IMG/VR virus record: IMGVR_UViG_3300032329_000033
Span: 1 to 34,960 of that record
Direction: 5' to 3' (one strand)
Source: a virus
Taxonomy: Duplodnaviria > Caudoviricetes
DNA length: 34,960 bases
The translations under genes were made by a program, and so were the position numbers. Below the pieces are notes generated by a model that saw only the letters and a list, made by a program, of their open reading frames with translations, was not told where the DNA came from and did not search any database. Within the stretch, counting starts at the first letter, position 1; each line of letters begins with the position of its first letter. Shown here one piece after another: positions 33,250 through 34,960 of the stretch.

Positions 33250-34958
33250 CAGCAAAAGTTTTTGCTATTGATACCCAGCCCGGTGTCCAGCGGGATGGAA
33301 CTGTCTTTGACATGAACTTTTACACCGACGGTCTGTGGGTTAGATTTCAACGTGGTCGTCCCCGAAAAATAGGTGGATACCGCTCAATTACTCAACAAGC
33401 TACGGGTTTGTCTCGTGGCATTTACGTCAACTCTGCTGATGGCGTAAACCAAGTTTTTAGTGGCTACAGTTCTGGTCTTGAGGTTATTAACGTAGATAAC
33501 CTTGGCATCGGTGGAGGTGTCAATCAGTTTACTTTCAAAGGCTTTATCTTGACGCTCAATACACTTGTTGGCGGCACGTTGTACACCAACGGAACTTACA
33601 CTGGTGTAAGCCTTACTGGTGGCTCTGGAGCAGGCGCAAAGGCGACCATTGTGGTTTCTGGTGCTACGGTGACCAGTGTGACGCTTACGGCGGCTGGTAA
33701 CGGCTACGTTGTAGGTAATACATTGAGCGCGACGGCGGCCAGCATTGGCGGAACTGGTAGCGGTTTTTCCATCAAGGTTGCAACAATCAATAGCGGATTT
33801 ACGGCAAGCGACTTAAACCTCTGGCAATTCGATTCGCTTTTCGATTCGCAAGGGAGTGGGAATCAGTTGCTGTTGGCGCACCCCGGTCGTAACTTAGCGC
33901 AGATTGACCAGACCGTAGCAACTCCAGTTTTGGCTGGAGACATCAATGGTTTGACCATGCAACCGTTGCGCGACACCAACGGCACAAGCCCAACTGGAGA
34001 CACCATCTCGGTTGCTGGTGGTGTGGTTGTTTTGCACCCATACGTTTTTGTATATGGTGACAACGGCCTCATCAAAAACTCTGTCGCTGGTGATCCATAT
34101 GATTGGAACGGCGCAGATGCCAACGAGACCAACGTGGCTTCCACAAAGATCGTAAAAGGTTTGCCAGTTCGCGGTGGTTCAAATGCCCCCTCTGGATTGT
34201 TTTGGGCTTTAGACTCATTGATTCGAGTATCGTTTGCGCCTACCACCATTACTGTTGGCGGAACTCCAGAAACTTTTTATTGGCGGTATGACATTATCAC
34301 CAGCCAGTCATCGATCCTTTCAAGTCAATGCGTTATTGAGTATGACGGAATCTATTACTGGGTTGGCGTTGACCGATTCCTTCTGTACAACGGCGTGGTC
34401 AAAGAACTCAAGAACAACTTCAACCAAAACTACTTTTTTGACAATTTGAACTATGCCCAAAGCCAAAAAGTTTGGGCACAAAAGGTTCCTCGTTTTGGCG
34501 AAATTTGGTGGTTCTTCCCTTATGGCGACTCAGAAGAGTGTAATGACGCAATCATTTACAACATCCGCGAAGAGTGTTGGTATGACGCAGGCGGTGCTTT
34601 AGGCGCACGACGTACGGCTGGATACTTTTCTCAAGTATTTCATTATCCAATTGCGGCAGGCTCTACTAAAAGCGAGCAAGTCCTTGTTTTTAGCGCCAGC
34701 ATCATTACAAACTCAACTACAGTTGTAAAGGTTCCAATTACTAACCAGATTTCGACTGGGCAAGTTGTAATTGCAAGCAATATTCCTACTGGTGCAACGG
34801 TAACTTTGATTGCGCCAAGTGCCACCGCTGGTTATTACGATGTGACTTTGAGTGCGGCGGCGACAACCTCCGCAACTGTTGTTGCTACATTTAATACCAA
34901 AGCTGGTCAAATTATTTTGTGGCAACATGAAATTGGCACTGATGAGGTGATTGATACA
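33246..34958 (+). CDS. Tail hub / packaged-DNA stabilisation protein (P22 gp10-like), 3' truncated
   Basis: MTAKVFAIDTQPGVQRDGT...WVRFQRGRPRKIGGY; YWVGVDRFLLYNG.V; FGEIWWFFP...IYN..E..WY; LWQHEIGTD. Open to the window end. Not in the ORF track. Confidence 0.8.
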   Translation, partial: MTAKVFAIDTQPGVQRDGTVFDMNFYTDGLWVRFQRGRPRKIGGYRSITQQATGLSRGIYVNSADGVNQVFSGYSSGLEVINVDNLGIGGGVNQFTFKGFILTLNTLVGGTLYTNGTYTGVSLTGGSGAGAKATIVVSGATVTSVTLTAAGNGYVVGNTLSATAASIGGTGSGFSIKVATINSGFTASDLNLWQFDSLFDSQGSGNQLLLAHPGRNLAQIDQTVATPVLAGDINGLTMQPLRDTNGTSPTGDTISVAGGVVVLHPYVFVYGDNGLIKNSVAGDPYDWNGADANETNVASTKIVKGLPVRGGSNAPSGLFWALDSLIRVSFAPTTITVGGTPETFYWRYDIITSQSSILSSQCVIEYDGIYYWVGVDRFLLYNGVVKELKNNFNQNYFFDNLNYAQSQKVWAQKVPRFGEIWWFFPYGDSEECNDAIIYNIREECWYDAGGALGARRTAGYFSQVFHYPIAAGSTKSEQVLVFSASIITNSTTVVKVPITNQISTGQVVIASNIPTGATVTLIAPSATAGYYDVTLSAAATTSATVVATFNTKAGQIILWQHEIGTDEVIDT

Positions 34959-34960
34959 AC

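Noticed and set aside
1-34960. Stop-codon reassignment, introns or inteins in core genes
   Set aside because: TerL, portal and MCP are intact and of ordinary length in the standard code, and gene packing is tight.
1-34960. tRNA or other structured RNA genes
   Set aside because: Intergenic gaps are short (about 115 nt at most) and occupied by promoters or terminators; no cloverleaf was seen by eye.

Overview
This window is a 35-kb segment of a tailed dsDNA phage genome (Caudoviricetes) with P22-like short-tail hub genes. Every supported gene lies on the + strand. Gene order: (1) the end of a nin-like recombination region (partial RusA resolvase, Ref-like HNH nuclease, PAPS-reductase/PP-loop family protein); (2) small hypothetical genes driven by two near-identical sigma70 promoters and punctuated by a repeated AACAGCGAAGGA leader motif; (3) TerS, TerL, a 1170-aa modular polyvalent-type protein, portal, GroES, scaffold, decoration protein and major capsid protein; (4) basic, low-complexity proteins that are probably internal to the virion; (5) adaptor, tail fibres and a beta-propeller receptor-binding protein; (6) an embedded lysis cassette (holin, M15 endolysin); (7) tail hub genes running off the right end. 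Gene content resembles uncultured freshwater phages of Betaproteobacteria; this host assignment is inference only. The most unusual signal is a short hydrophobic/basic-[K/A/R]-x-G-G peptide motif present about 25 times across five late proteins. It falls at domain boundaries of apparent fusion proteins, suggesting a polyprotein processing or capsid-loading tag. In the 1170-aa protein, two copies of the tag are encoded as GGAGGA Shine-Dalgarno sequences placed just before in-frame ATGs that open repeated leader helices. No tRNA, rRNA, CRISPR array, integrase or transposase was seen. All family calls come from recognising motifs by eye, not from database searches.
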